A stretch of 64,000 nt of DNA from Mobula hypostoma. Taxonomy: Eukaryota. Below are positions 53,890 to 64,000 of this stretch, one piece after another. The stretch spans positions 33,418,001 through 33,482,000 of the forward strand of contig NC_086106.1 of NCBI RefSeq assembly GCF_963921235.1, read 5' to 3'. Every line of letters starts with the position of its first letter. Position 1 is the first letter of the stretch. The translations under genes and the position numbers were made by a program. Under the pieces are notes generated by a model. It was not told where the DNA came from and ran no database searches. It saw only the letters and a program-made list of their open reading frames with translations.

Positions 53890-54860
53890 TGTGACTGCTA
53901 TTAGGTCACCTCACATCCCCCAACGTTGCCAAGTGAAAAGCCTTAGCACGCAGTAACTTTCATACTCCAACATGCTCTCTGATCTTGCAAGAATCCTGGT
54001 AAATTTGTTCTGGACCCTCTTTAAAGTAACCATATCCTTCCTCTAATGAGGCGACCAGAAGTGAGCACAACACGGTGTGGTAGAACAGAGGTTTATGAAG
54101 CTGTAAGATTACTTTGAGGATGTTAAACCCAATGCTCTGACTCATAAAGGCCAACACAGTATATACTTTTTAGCGAGCTTATCGATTGCACAGAAACTTA
54201 TGGACATGGACACCAAGGCCCCTATGTTCCAACATACTGGTAAGAATCCTGCCTTTAACCCTGTAGTCTGCCTTCAAATTTTACCTTCCAAAGTGAACCT
54301 CTTCACAATTTTCTGCATTGAATTCCATCTGCCGCTTCTCAGCCCAGCTCTACATCTGTTAATATCCAATTGCAACATATGAAAACCTTCCACAATATCC
54401 ACAAAACCGCCAATCCGTGTCATTCATAAGCTGACTAAAACGTCCTTCCACTTCTTCATTTGTAAAAACTGCAAAGAGCAGGGATGCCATAACATTTACC
54501 CCGCAGAATATCACTATTCATGGAACTCCAGTCGGAATACGCTCCATCTACTGCCACGGTTCTGTTTCTGTGGGCAAGCCAGTTCCAAATTATGCAGCAA
54601 CTGTCCCAGGATCGCCTCAATCCTGACAGTCTTATTGAGCCTACTATGGGAAACTTTGACAAGTGCCTGACTAAAATGAATATTCACCGCATCTACTGCT
54701 CGATCTTTAATCCTTCTTGTTTTCACTTCCTTTAAAAAGTTAATCTCTCTCGCGAGGCACTGCCTGAACCACACAAAGGCATTTCGCTACATGCTCGTAA
54801 AAGCTGTCTCTAACAATCCTCTCTAATAGTTTGCCCACCACCGATATAAGACTCCATACT
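53890..54860 (-). mobile_element. Old CR1 RT fragment
   Basis: AVNIHFSQALVKVSHSRL and IWNWLAHRNRTVAVDGAYSDWS are degenerate CR1 RT motifs. Confidence 0.7.
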
Positions 54861-56491
54861 TTTAATTCCCAGAGTAATGAGTTCAACAAATTTACATAAC
54901 TTGATTTATCTGTCTATATCAGTAGTTGGTTGGTATTACTGACCCAGCTTGCCTCTTTCTCCACTTATTTCGCTTTGAGTAAAGGACGCGCTCAGACCGA
55001 CATGCCGGGATTGTCACCCTGCTAAACATTTTAGAGCTCATACATTATTTTCCCCCTTAGTTATACCCACTAATTGTCAAATTCCAGTAGGTGCAGCTCT
55101 TTTATCCCCGCATATCAGCATCCATCCTAAGTCTCCATATTTATTCTCGCCTCCCCGCCTGGGTACACCTGTCTGATTGTTTGCTTTACCTTTGTCTGCC
55201 TCCACCTATCACATACCTGCCTCTATATTTCAACAAATTCTCTCCCTCCTCACATTTACCTGCTTCTGCCCATGTCTGTCACCTCGGCTAGGTAAGATTT
55301 TCACCTTCAGCCTTTTGGGTCAACTTTCTGCTCTCCTCTTTATAGAGGCTACATTCTTTCTTAACTTCAGTTCTGATATACTGCCTCAACTTCCGAAACT
55401 TTCCCCTCACAATCTTGCATGACCCGGCAAATGCCTCAAGTAGTATGTTTCTGTGCCCGATTGCCAGCTTCAGCAGTTTCTTCTGGCTCGTTCCTATGTC
55501 TGTGTACCTCTCCTTGCTTTCTAATTCTCGAAGAGCTCTCATTAACACTTAGATCAGGCAATCTTGTTCATATCTTATCACCGTGGTCATCCTGGTTTTA
55601 TGCTGTCACTGTCAGAAACATTGTACTTTACAAATTTCTTTGTCTCCTCGCAAGTTCTGAAGAAGGGGTTTCAAACTCAATTGTTAACTGTATTTTGCTT
55701 CTCACAGATACAGCTTAAACTGCTCAGTATTTCCAGTGATTCAGCGTCTTCTGTTATAAATCTCCACACGTTTGAAGGTTAACAAAATGTAGCTTATTTC
55801 CTCTAGATGAAGATGATGCAATAAGGTGGGAATGACTTTAAAAATATTCCATGGCTGCTGGCACTGAGATTCACATGGAATATTTTCGCCAAGGAAGCTA
55901 TTACTGCTGTGGGCGAATCTTTCAAAAGTGAATATGTTTGATTTGTATTAGTCGTGTAAGCTTCATAGGTTGCATGCTCATCCGAATCAAGAATTATTTT
56001 ATTATGTGGAAAAAAACAACTCGAGGAATCAATCACCTGTCCTCTGCTTCTATGCAACATCCTCACATCCATTTTTACCATCACTGTATTCTTTGTTTGT
56101 TATAACTCTGTATGTGAACAGAATTCTATAGAGATTTCATTATAAAATTTGACTACCACCATTTATTCATTGATCAGTTATCAATCTTGTAAACGTCACC
56201 TGTGTTGATTAGCATAACTCATTGATATTTGCTAAATACCAATTTAGTAGTTCCACCATTCAACTTTCTAATTGCATTTACTCTCCCTAAAATTGGACAC
56301 GCTGATAACTTGCTGGAAAATGACTGTTTTCTCACCAGATTCCTAACCGAGAAATACCGCATCGCTTCCTAATCAATGTGCCCCTCCTTTCTTCACTTCA
56401 ATGAAGTTTAAGCATAAATGAATGTTTTTATCGACGAGTTCTCGTCTCCTTTACAGCTCCTGGTCTCTCTCTGTGCCTTTCTCTCAATTAA

Positions 56492-56563
56492 ACGCGCGCG
56501 CGCGCGCGCGCACGCACACACACGCACACACACACACACACACATACACACACACACACACAC
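56492..56563. repeat. (CG)9 plus (CA)n alternating purine-pyrimidine tract
   Basis: CGCGCGCGCGCGCGCGCG at 56493-56510 followed by CA/CG repeats to 56563. Confidence 0.95.
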
Positions 56564-56934
56564 TGATCTAAGAGTGAATGTAAGAATCTACACATTCAGA
56601 AAATGAATTAAAATACATCATGCTCTTTTTTCCTTCTCTTGTTTATCGCATTTGCTTGACAAATCCCGCTGGCATTGTCAGTAATTCCTTCCTTTTGTTG
56701 TAATCTTCGGCAATGGTCTTTTAATTGTTTTACGCAGGGACGTCACGTTCATGAGAGATATTAGGTATGGACTGTAAGCGCCAGGGAAGCTTCACTGAAA
56801 CCCAACCACACACTGGGAGAAACATGAATTATGTTTCTGTTAGACTGATTAATTCACAGCTCGAAATGTGAAATATACGGCAAACATTTTAATGTGTTTG
56901 CATAGACTATCGGACCATTGAAAGTCGTTAATAC

Positions 56935-57092
56935 CTTAATAGTCGTTGAAAATGCGCTGTACATCATACTCATCATAAAGAGGATCACAAATGTGATAAG
57001 CGCTGAAGAAGAACCAACATCTTCATCCAGGTTTTCTAATCGTTCTTCATCGCCTGAATAGTCGCCCAAGTCTTCCGGAATTTCACAGGTTG
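56935..57092 (-). CDS. IgW: Ig heavy-chain transmembrane exon (TM1)
   Basis: Acceptor ctctaatctatcgatttcag before 57092 (phase 1, matching the donor at 60852) and donor AAG|GTATTA after 56935 (phase 0). Encodes (A)TCEIPEDLGDYSGDEERLENLDEDVGSSSALITFVILFMMSMMYSAFSTTIK: an acidic spacer plus the antigen-receptor CART motif TFxxLFxxSxxYSxxxT. Confidence 0.88.
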
Positions 57093-58479
57093 CTGAAATC
57101 GATAGATTAGAGTTTTACTGGATTTTATATGTTTTCTTAGCAGAAAGCCAAATACGCCGATAACCCACTTCCCTTGACGTACTCATTAATCAGACTGTTC
57201 TCAACTTCAGATTTCAATTTAATATTCGTTCAGTGGCATCCTTAATGCGTACTGTAATTCCAAACTTACTTCACTGCGTGCATGACTCGATTAGTTAGAC
57301 CATGTTCTAACTAAAGAAAATAGTTCTGTGTCGCCCTTGTCAATTCTACTTGATATATTTTTAAAATAACTTATCACGTATCCACTTGATCCGGGTTTTA
57401 CATAACACAAACCCAGATGGTGAAATCCCTTTTTCAAAATCATGAAAGCGAGAACAGATGAGGGAGAGCGCTGTTATTCACCTCCCACTCCTAACATATA
57501 CCCAGCAGCCTTATCACATCCCACAGAGTAAAGGAAGTATAGAATTCAGTACATACATGTGACCCCCTTTCCTTTGACGGGCTGTGCTTTATGTAGTTGC
57601 AGCATGCCTTCAACTTGTGTGTTTTGCTCTTTTAAACGCAAGCTTATACTACTTATACTACTCGCCTTTGGCTGCAGCTTTAGTTCGTGACTTTGCAGTA
57701 ATCTGCATCCACGAATTTCTTTCATCTCTTTCGAACACATTGATGCTTTAAATATATATTTCACTTCCCTTCTAAACTGAGCTCCTGACACGATACAATA
57801 TTTGTCGGAACATAGCCTATTCTTTCATTTATTAATATCCCTTCATATGTTTACAATGTTGTCATTGTATGGCCAGCATTCACTTGCTCTTCTCTGTACT
57901 GTCAACTGAGTGGTTATTAACTGTGGTGAGCAGTGCTAAATAGAATACATTGGGCCCTATTGAGCAAGACCGTAGAATCCTCAAAATTCAATTACCTGCA
58001 GAGGAGCCAGGATAATATAAAACTGACTTTTAACGCCACTTCTGATGATCATTTGGAATTCAAAATGTTGGATACAGCAACATTGGATTGAGTTTGGACT
58101 GCAACTGACGCAACAATTTTTACGTAACTGCAAGTTCCACCCTTCTTGCAGATCAGTTAATCTTGGACCCTTTATTGCCCATTGCAGTCTAAGTCGGTGT
58201 TTTCTTAAATTTGAACACTGTTCTCTTGATGTTCAGTCTGTCTCGCGCGTTAACCATATCAGCCAGGCCCTGAGCTGAATCATGCACACAAAGCTTCCGA
58301 CATCGAGTTTGGCTGAAGGAAAGCCCGGGGCCGAGAGGAGCAGTTAGGTGGATGATAGTTCTCACTGAGGTGTGTTTACTTAGGTTATGACAGTAACATT
58401 CACAGAAAAGTCACGGAGAATATTTAACAGCATATTTAAAACACACACCTAAACATCTAGATTAAAGTAGCATATTAAT

Positions 58480-58960
58480 ATAAATAGACAAGGAAAGGTG
58501 CAGACAGTTACTGAACTGGTTACAATGTTTGGGACCTTCACAAGACTGTCAATTATTGTGCCAAGGAGTCTGAAAAGCGATCCAGCTTGAGATATCGGGC
58601 AGGGTATAACGAGATTGACAGGGCAAGGACGAGGCTGTGGAAGCTCTCAATTTCAAGATAAATATCTTCACAGAGAGACTTTGGCAGATCTATAACTCGT
58701 GTATGTCAAAATGCATAGGGAAGGTAAGTCAAATATCCTCTCTTCTGGAACACGATGGCATAGTCTCTGTTATATAAAATGTGAAAGACTGGAGGGCTTT
58801 CGGCAGGGCAATGCCATGTTCATGGGTGCTCAGAACTAATACAAGGATAAGCTTTGTAGTGGCAGTTCAGTTCAGGCAGACTGAGAAGCAGGTGTTAACT
58901 AAGATCATGTTATAGCGAACATGAATTTCCGCTTCAGCCATCTACTGTACTAGGAACAGG
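58480..58960 (-). mobile_element. Old LINE (CR1/L2-type) 3' fragment in the CH-TM intron
   Basis: Degenerate coding-like sequence resembling LINE C-terminal regions; family uncertain. Confidence 0.4.
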
Positions 58961-59329
58961 GATGGTGGCAGACGAAACACTTCCAGGTTTCGCTGATGTC
59001 AATGGTTTCGGCCTTCTCAATTCTTTTGAGCACTGGATGCCGCATAATCAGCGTTAGAGGCCAAATGGAACATAGAGGACAATACTATGTACCTAGCATC
59101 AGGTATGTTTCTGCTTGAAATCAGCAACCAAGCACCATGTACTGTATTCACAAAGAGATGAGAAGGAAATGTTCCCGATGGAAACGGTAGAGTATTAATC
59201 TGGGAGTAGGAAGAGATATTACTGCAGGGCATTTCCTGGCTATCTCTGGATAGATTGGAATGAAATCTGAAAACCAGCAGCTTGGTTTATCTTTCCGAAT
59301 ACGATTTTGGCATGAACGCGATTTACAAA

Positions 59330-60170
59330 TTTGCCTACGAAACTGCTGTCAGCAGAATCTCAGAGTGTGACGAAGAGGCATGCAGCAGTGAGATTAATCA
59401 GCTGGTTGAGTGGTGCCGCAGCAACAGCCCTGTTCTCAACAAGACTAAGGGAAATTAATTTATGTCGACTTCAGAAAGCAGAAGTCAAAGAAACACACCC
59501 TGGTCCTAATCGAGGAGTCAGCAGTGGAAAAGGTGAGGCATTTCAAGTTCCAGGATGTATTCTCTGAAGATCTATCCAGATCCCATAATATGGATGTAAA
59601 TAGGAAAATAAGCACGCCAGTGGTATATTTTATTAAGAGTTAGAGAAGATTTGGTATATCAACAAAGACCCTGCCAAATTTTTACAGAAGTCTAACATTC
59701 AAGACGTCAGCATTCTAACTGGCTGAACCGCCACCTGGTATTTAGGCGTCACTGCAAGGGAACCGTAAATACTGCAGAGGTTTATGTGCGGCTTCTTCAT
59801 AGGCTCGAGGCTTCCCAACAGTGAGAACATGTCAAAAGGCGGTGCCACAGAGGGTTGGCAACAATCATTAAGGGCTCCCACCATCCAGGATGAGCCATTT
59901 TCTCATTATTGCCATCGGAAGTACTGGGGTATGAAGGCACACACTCAACTTTTTCGGAACAGCTTCTGTCCCTTCTTCATCAGATTCTGAACAATCCATG
60001 AACACATGAAAACTACCTCACTGGTTTCCCCCCTTTTATCACTACTCATTTATTTTTAAGCATCTCTTTCTTACTGTATTTTTCAGTATGTTTTATGTAT
60101 CGCGTTGTACTGCTGCCGCAAACAGTAAAATTCGCGACATCGTCAATGAAAATAATCCTGATCCTTATTC
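59330..60170 (+). mobile_element. Rex1/Babar LINE 3' fragment in the CH-TM intron
   Basis: cagctggttgagtggtgccgcagcaacagccct...aacaagactaaggga...tcagattctgaac matches the Rex 3' region seen at 27882-28500. Confidence 0.75.
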
Positions 60171-60484
60171 CGAGCTGTTGTCTATTGACTATGGACTTTT
60201 TGCTTTTAATGTTCAGGTGACAGGTACACATGCACGAACGAGCTTATCCGTCAAATCAGATCTCCAATCTAATCTCCACGAACTGCTAGGAACTGAATAA
60301 CCTCAGTAATTACCGCTACACGTTGCCTCTCCCCTCTCCCTGCCATATTTGCGACATGTGAAAAGGAAAGCATAGAAGTATACTGCATATATTTACGAAG
60401 CTAATAGTTAAAACTGAATATGTTTTACTCTTAAGAGCAAAGATAAGAGCACACATGTGGAAGCCAAGAAGTTTTCATTCCGAA

Positions 60485-60490
60485 TTTATT
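60485..60490 (-). terminator. Probable poly(A) signal of the secreted heavy-chain mRNA
   Basis: Plus-strand TTTATT (AATAAA on minus) about 300 nt downstream of the secretory stop codon. Confidence 0.55.
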
Positions 60491-60789
60491 TCAATGTAAT
60501 GTAGCATACAGAATAAATTGCTCTCTGCTATCTATTCCGCGACTTACTAACATCTCCGAAGTACTATATTTTCAAAATCACCGTAAAGTTAAAAGCATTC
60601 CAATGTTATCTAGAGCTCATCACAACGTTATCGAACTGATGAGATTAAGGAAATATTTCATTTACGGTGGGATAATCTGAAGAGTGAATGCTATGCGTGG
60701 TCTTCAGTAAATCAGCAAAACGGAAACTCAAGCAGCTACGCAGTAAGCAATACACACTTCCAAACTATTAGTAATTAATTCACGGATAA

Positions 60790-61172
60790 TTAGACACACG
60801 ATTTAAAGCTGTCAGTTAGAACGAGTGACACGTTAACTAAAGTAGGTTTACCGTGGAATTTATTAATACTTCTGACTAAACTTGTTGATAGCGACGGATG
60901 TCCAACCAAACAGCTATAGGTGGTTCCCTTCTCCCAATCTTCTGCGCTGATCCTCAACTTGCTGGTTACCGAGTTAGAGCCGTTTTCCTTATTGCTGTTA
61001 GGTTGGATGGAGTATCCCGAATGCAAAAGAGTGTCATTGGCCATCCAACCGACGTATATATCTTCCGGATAAAAACCGGTCGCGAGGCAAATTAGGGTAG
61101 CTGCTTCCTCGGCTTGAATCTCCTCAGCTGATGGGTACAAGAGGTAAGCTTTAGGGCTGTGCATTTCAGTAA
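60790..61172 (-). CDS. IgW: Terminal Ig heavy-chain C-domain exon plus secretory tailpiece (IgW CH6 / IgNAR C5 type)
   Basis: Acceptor gtgtttcccttccag before 61172, phase 1. Translation (V)TEMHSPKAYLLYPSAEEIQAEEAATLICLATGFYPEDIYVGWMANDTLLHSG...SKLRISAEDWEKGTTYSCLVGHPSL...INKFH, then tailpiece GKPTLVNVSLVLTDSFKSCV* with an N-V-S sequon and penultimate Cys. Internal donor CACG|GTAAAC after 60852. The tailpiece fits my recollection of IgW better than IgNAR; the isotype is less certain than the domain call. Confidence 0.93.
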
Positions 61173-61587
61173 CTGGAAGGGAAACACATATGTTAAATTA
61201 GTTTCATCTGTGACTTGCTGATTACTCCGCATTTTGCATCTTCACCGGACTCCGGGTGTTCAAATATCAACAAACTCAGGAATGAGATCAGCTTTTCAAC
61301 ACCAGGCATATCGGCTCCAAATATAAATAAGGTGTTGCATTTGCTCGTTGTTATTAAGATACCATGTATAAATTTTCAGTTTTATTTATCTGAATGTGTG
61401 CTGTATTTACTTCTTTTCTACGTTACCACGGGTGTCCTGATCAGTTTTTTTTTCGTTTGGGTTGCTGTTACGCAACAGAATAGAGGAGATTATATTTTCG
61501 ATTCTGTTGACTAGTTCATGAATGTCACTGCTAATAAGTTTATTTGATGTACCATGCGGCCTCAAGGCGACAGTTAATTGCACTTAC

Positions 61588-61908
61588 CCTTGGTTTTTTT
61601 GGTGGCCTTTGTCACTGGTGTTGGCAGATCACGGCCTTCTACGAAGCACAGGTATTCGGTTCCACTGTTCCATTCCTCTACACTGACCTTCAGTTTGGTG
61701 ACGATGACGGATTTACTTCCCCTCCACTCTGGACCGTGTGTCTCCACTCCGTTCACTCTCCGACTTCCATTTACTCGCCAGGAGACTATGACATTCTGCA
61801 AATCTGCGTAAACCACTTCGCACACAATTGTTGCTCTCCGAATTGTCCAAATCTCTTCAAACGAAGGCTTTTTTATGATGACATTAATATCAGCCTCACG
61901 GCATTCTT
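61588..61908 (-). CDS. IgW: Ig heavy-chain constant-domain exon, penultimate (IgW CH5 / IgNAR C4 type)
   Basis: Acceptor cccactttcttgccag before 61908 and donor G|GTAAGT after 61588; 321 nt, phase 1-1. Translation (E)ECREADINVIIKKPSFEEIWTIRRATIVCEVVYADLQNVIVSWRVNG...KLKVSVEEWNSGTEYLCFVEGRDLPTPVTKATKKTK has the C1-set Cys, Trp and Cys at canonical spacing and closely resembles the recalled nurse shark IgNAR C4 / IgW CH5 sequence. Confidence 0.93.
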
Positions 61909-62122
61909 CTGGCAAGAAAGTGGGAATGGTTATATTCATTCTGTGATGTTCAAGATGTGGATTATAACAACTGTAACCAGGCCGGAGTAGCTCATAATCC
62001 CACTTACTACGAATTTCTCTGTGACTTTTTTCTGCTTCCCTAATACAGCTATTCTTGCCTTATCACCTTGACTCCTCTGTCTTCCTTGTCTGATATCCTC
62101 ATTGACTCTCCCATTTACTTAC

Positions 62123-62379
62123 ACCACAGCGCAAACAGTACATTGACATGACTTTAGCAGTAAGTACTTTCTCCCATTCATGGATGCAAACGTTCACCCT
62201 TAAATCTTCAAAATACCGAGGTAAAACGTGGTTTCCTTCAAGGGTATTCACACAAATTGCGCAAAAGGTTTGTCTTCCAGTCCCCAGTGTGGTTCTAAAA
62301 CAAGTTGATCGAACAATTAAGCGGAAAGTTATACTCAGAAACTGCAGTACTTTCTCCATTATGGACGGAGTAGAACGCT
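62123..62379 (-). pseudogene. Decayed Ig C-domain exon (C2/C4 type)
   Basis: Acceptor gttttcttatttcgaag before 62379 and strong donor GTAAGT after 62123. Frame-shifted motifs: SVLLRP; STAVSE (TCT is one base from TGT Cys) followed 14 codons later by INLF-TAG (one base from Trp, cf. IKVFW); LRVNV..EWEK; TYC. Confidence 0.5.
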
Positions 62380-62756
62380 CTTCGAAATAAGAAAACAAAA
62401 TATAACATGCCAATGAATTCTAATAAAGAACATTGTTTTGTGGCTAGCTGTTCAATATTTTAGGTCATATTTTGTGGGAGCGACTCCACTGGAAAAAGGA
62501 GAATTTGCCAGTAACGTGAAACCGAAGCGGCCACGCTGACTCCGTAGGTTACCACGTGCCATAAAATATAACGGAAACACGTATTAGCAGGGAGCGCTTG
62601 CCACTGAATTGATCTTGAAAATATTAAGACTACTGCGATGTATGAGCCGACACTTGCATTATTTACCACCCAACGCATTCCAGAAAAAATATAAACTGTG
62701 GTATTAAAAATACAGTAACATTTGGAGGAGGAATTCAGTTTCAAGTGCGCACGAGC

Positions 62757-62994
62757 CTTTTGTAATTTTGCTTTATTACTTTTGTTTCGATTCTTGATGC
62801 AGCTGTTAAGTCCATTGTTTACCTGTCTTGCATAGAAAATGTGAGCTATTTTCCTAAATTGCTTTAATGCTTCTGGTGAATCATAATTTTCACTGCTGTT
62901 GGGTAGCGTGTACGGGATGTAAACCCATCGAAACTGAAGGGAAGGTGCTATACTCTATTTCCTCTGTCCATGGTATTTTGTGTTTTGGGAGGTA
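62757..62994 (-). pseudogene. Decayed Ig C-domain exon (IgW CH4 / IgNAR C3 type)
   Basis: Acceptor ctgtgctactttgacag before 62994. Fragments in shifting frames read VPPK, PWTEEIEYST, GLHP, PEALKQ, LTFS and LTAA. These match the recalled IgNAR C3 motifs PPSPEEIQSTS, GFYP and PTALEQDLTFSTRSLLNLTAV in order. Stops, frameshifts and deletions are present. Confidence 0.55.
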
Positions 62995-63179
62995 CTGTCA
63001 AAGTAGCACAGGTGAATAAAAGCAGTCCATTTTGTATATGTTAAACAGTACAGCAACCATGTACCAGAAGCGAATGAAATAAAGGTTTACGGCCCTAAAA
63101 GTTGAGGCGAACAAGATATCACGGCGATCGATACTGGGGCTTCAGATGCTCTTAGTCTATTTCTATGATATTACTGGGG

Positions 63180-63440
63180 GATACACTGTAATATGTCTGT
63201 TTACTGGGAATACAAACTATGTGGCATCGTGGGCTGTGGGAAAGATTCTGAGAGAATTTTGTGGCATTTAGACAAGATAAGTAAATTGGTAACTAAGCAG
63301 ATTGAATGTAAGGTGGAAAACGTGAGGAAAAATAAATATGACGATAGTGTATTTTATGAATGGTCGGAAACTGAAGAATGTTGGTGTTTGGAGTGGTCTG
63401 AATGTTCTTGTGCATGAACCAATGAATATCCAGAGCAGAT
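63180..63440 (+). mobile_element. Old CR1 fragment
   Basis: Degenerate YKLCGIV...HLDKISK...NGRKLKNVG, the CR1 post-RT region. Confidence 0.5.
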
Positions 63441-63759
63441 TGTTACAATTTATTTTAGTTATTGTCTGGAACCTATGTTGTAGAAATCTCACTTGGCAGT
63501 CGCTGCCAACGTTAGGATATGGTATCGACCTTCCCGCAAGGATACATGGACTGCTTCATTTGATGAGGCGTTGTGATTAGATTTGTCCAATATGCTTACA
63601 TAAACGACCATCTGTGCTTATCATGGAAAGGAGTTTATTAATGAAGCTCCTGAAGTTTACTAAACTGTCCTAACCATCTAATACGATGACGCCATTGTGC
63701 TTGTATAATTGATTTTCATCATTTTCTTTGGTGCAATTAATGGCTCCGACCTTTGCCAA

Positions 63760-63960
63760 ACAACAACACAGAGCCACGGAAGCGCGTCGCTATTACCGCT
63801 CGGAGCATTCTGGAGTTCGGAGTTTAATACCTGCGCTGTTCTGTAAGATGTCTCTACGTTCTGCCCGAGGAATGCACGTTTTTTTTCCCCAGATGCTCCA
63901 GTTTCTTCCCAGAGTCAAAGAAAAACGTACCGGGTTGGTTAATTGGGGTCACTGAGAAGC
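63760..63960 (+). mobile_element. Degenerate HE1-like (V-SINE) element
   Basis: ggagttcggagttt...tacgttctgcccg...gatgctccagtttcttccca...ggttggttaattgg resembles the V-SINE core of elasmobranch HE1. Confidence 0.55.
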
Positions 63961-64000
63961 ATAACTCGCATGTGTCTGTATCGCAATGGAATAAATGGAA

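Noticed and set aside
60790-61908. Calling the C exons IgM
   Set aside because: Domain sequences (FEEIWT..ATIVCE, YVGWMANDTLL) match the recalled IgW/IgNAR distal domains rather than IgM CH3/CH4.
1-64000. tRNA, rRNA or CRISPR features
   Set aside because: None recognisable; this is eukaryotic DNA with only SINE-derived remnants.

Overview
Repeat-rich vertebrate genomic DNA. The repeat families and immunoglobulin exons point to a cartilaginous fish, probably a batoid (inference). The only host gene I can support is the 3' end of an immunoglobulin heavy-chain cluster on the minus strand, most likely IgW with IgNAR as the alternative. It has an intact penultimate C-domain exon (61588-61908), an intact terminal C exon with secretory tailpiece (60790-61172) and an intact transmembrane exon (56935-57092). 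The splice phases are compatible, including the internal donor at 60852 used for the membrane form. Directly upstream, where the preceding C exons should be, I see only heavily decayed Ig C-exon remnants (about 62123-62379 and 62757-62994). Intact distal exons next to decayed proximal ones is the most interesting signal: it may be a genomically hard-wired short isotype or a partly dead cluster. No clear V, D or J segments are in the window. The other ~55 kb is mostly nested transposons: an internally deleted Gmr1-like Gypsy element with both LTRs and a TGAG target-site duplication, young CR1 LINEs (one inserted in inverted orientation into a near-identical copy), a near-complete Rex1/Babar LINE, RTE and Vingi-like LINE fragments, Penelope fragments with hammerhead-like motifs and a perfect 104-bp palindrome, solo LTRs, a Tigger-like MITE and SINEs. 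TE family names come from recalled motifs, not database searches. Boundaries of old fragments are approximate.
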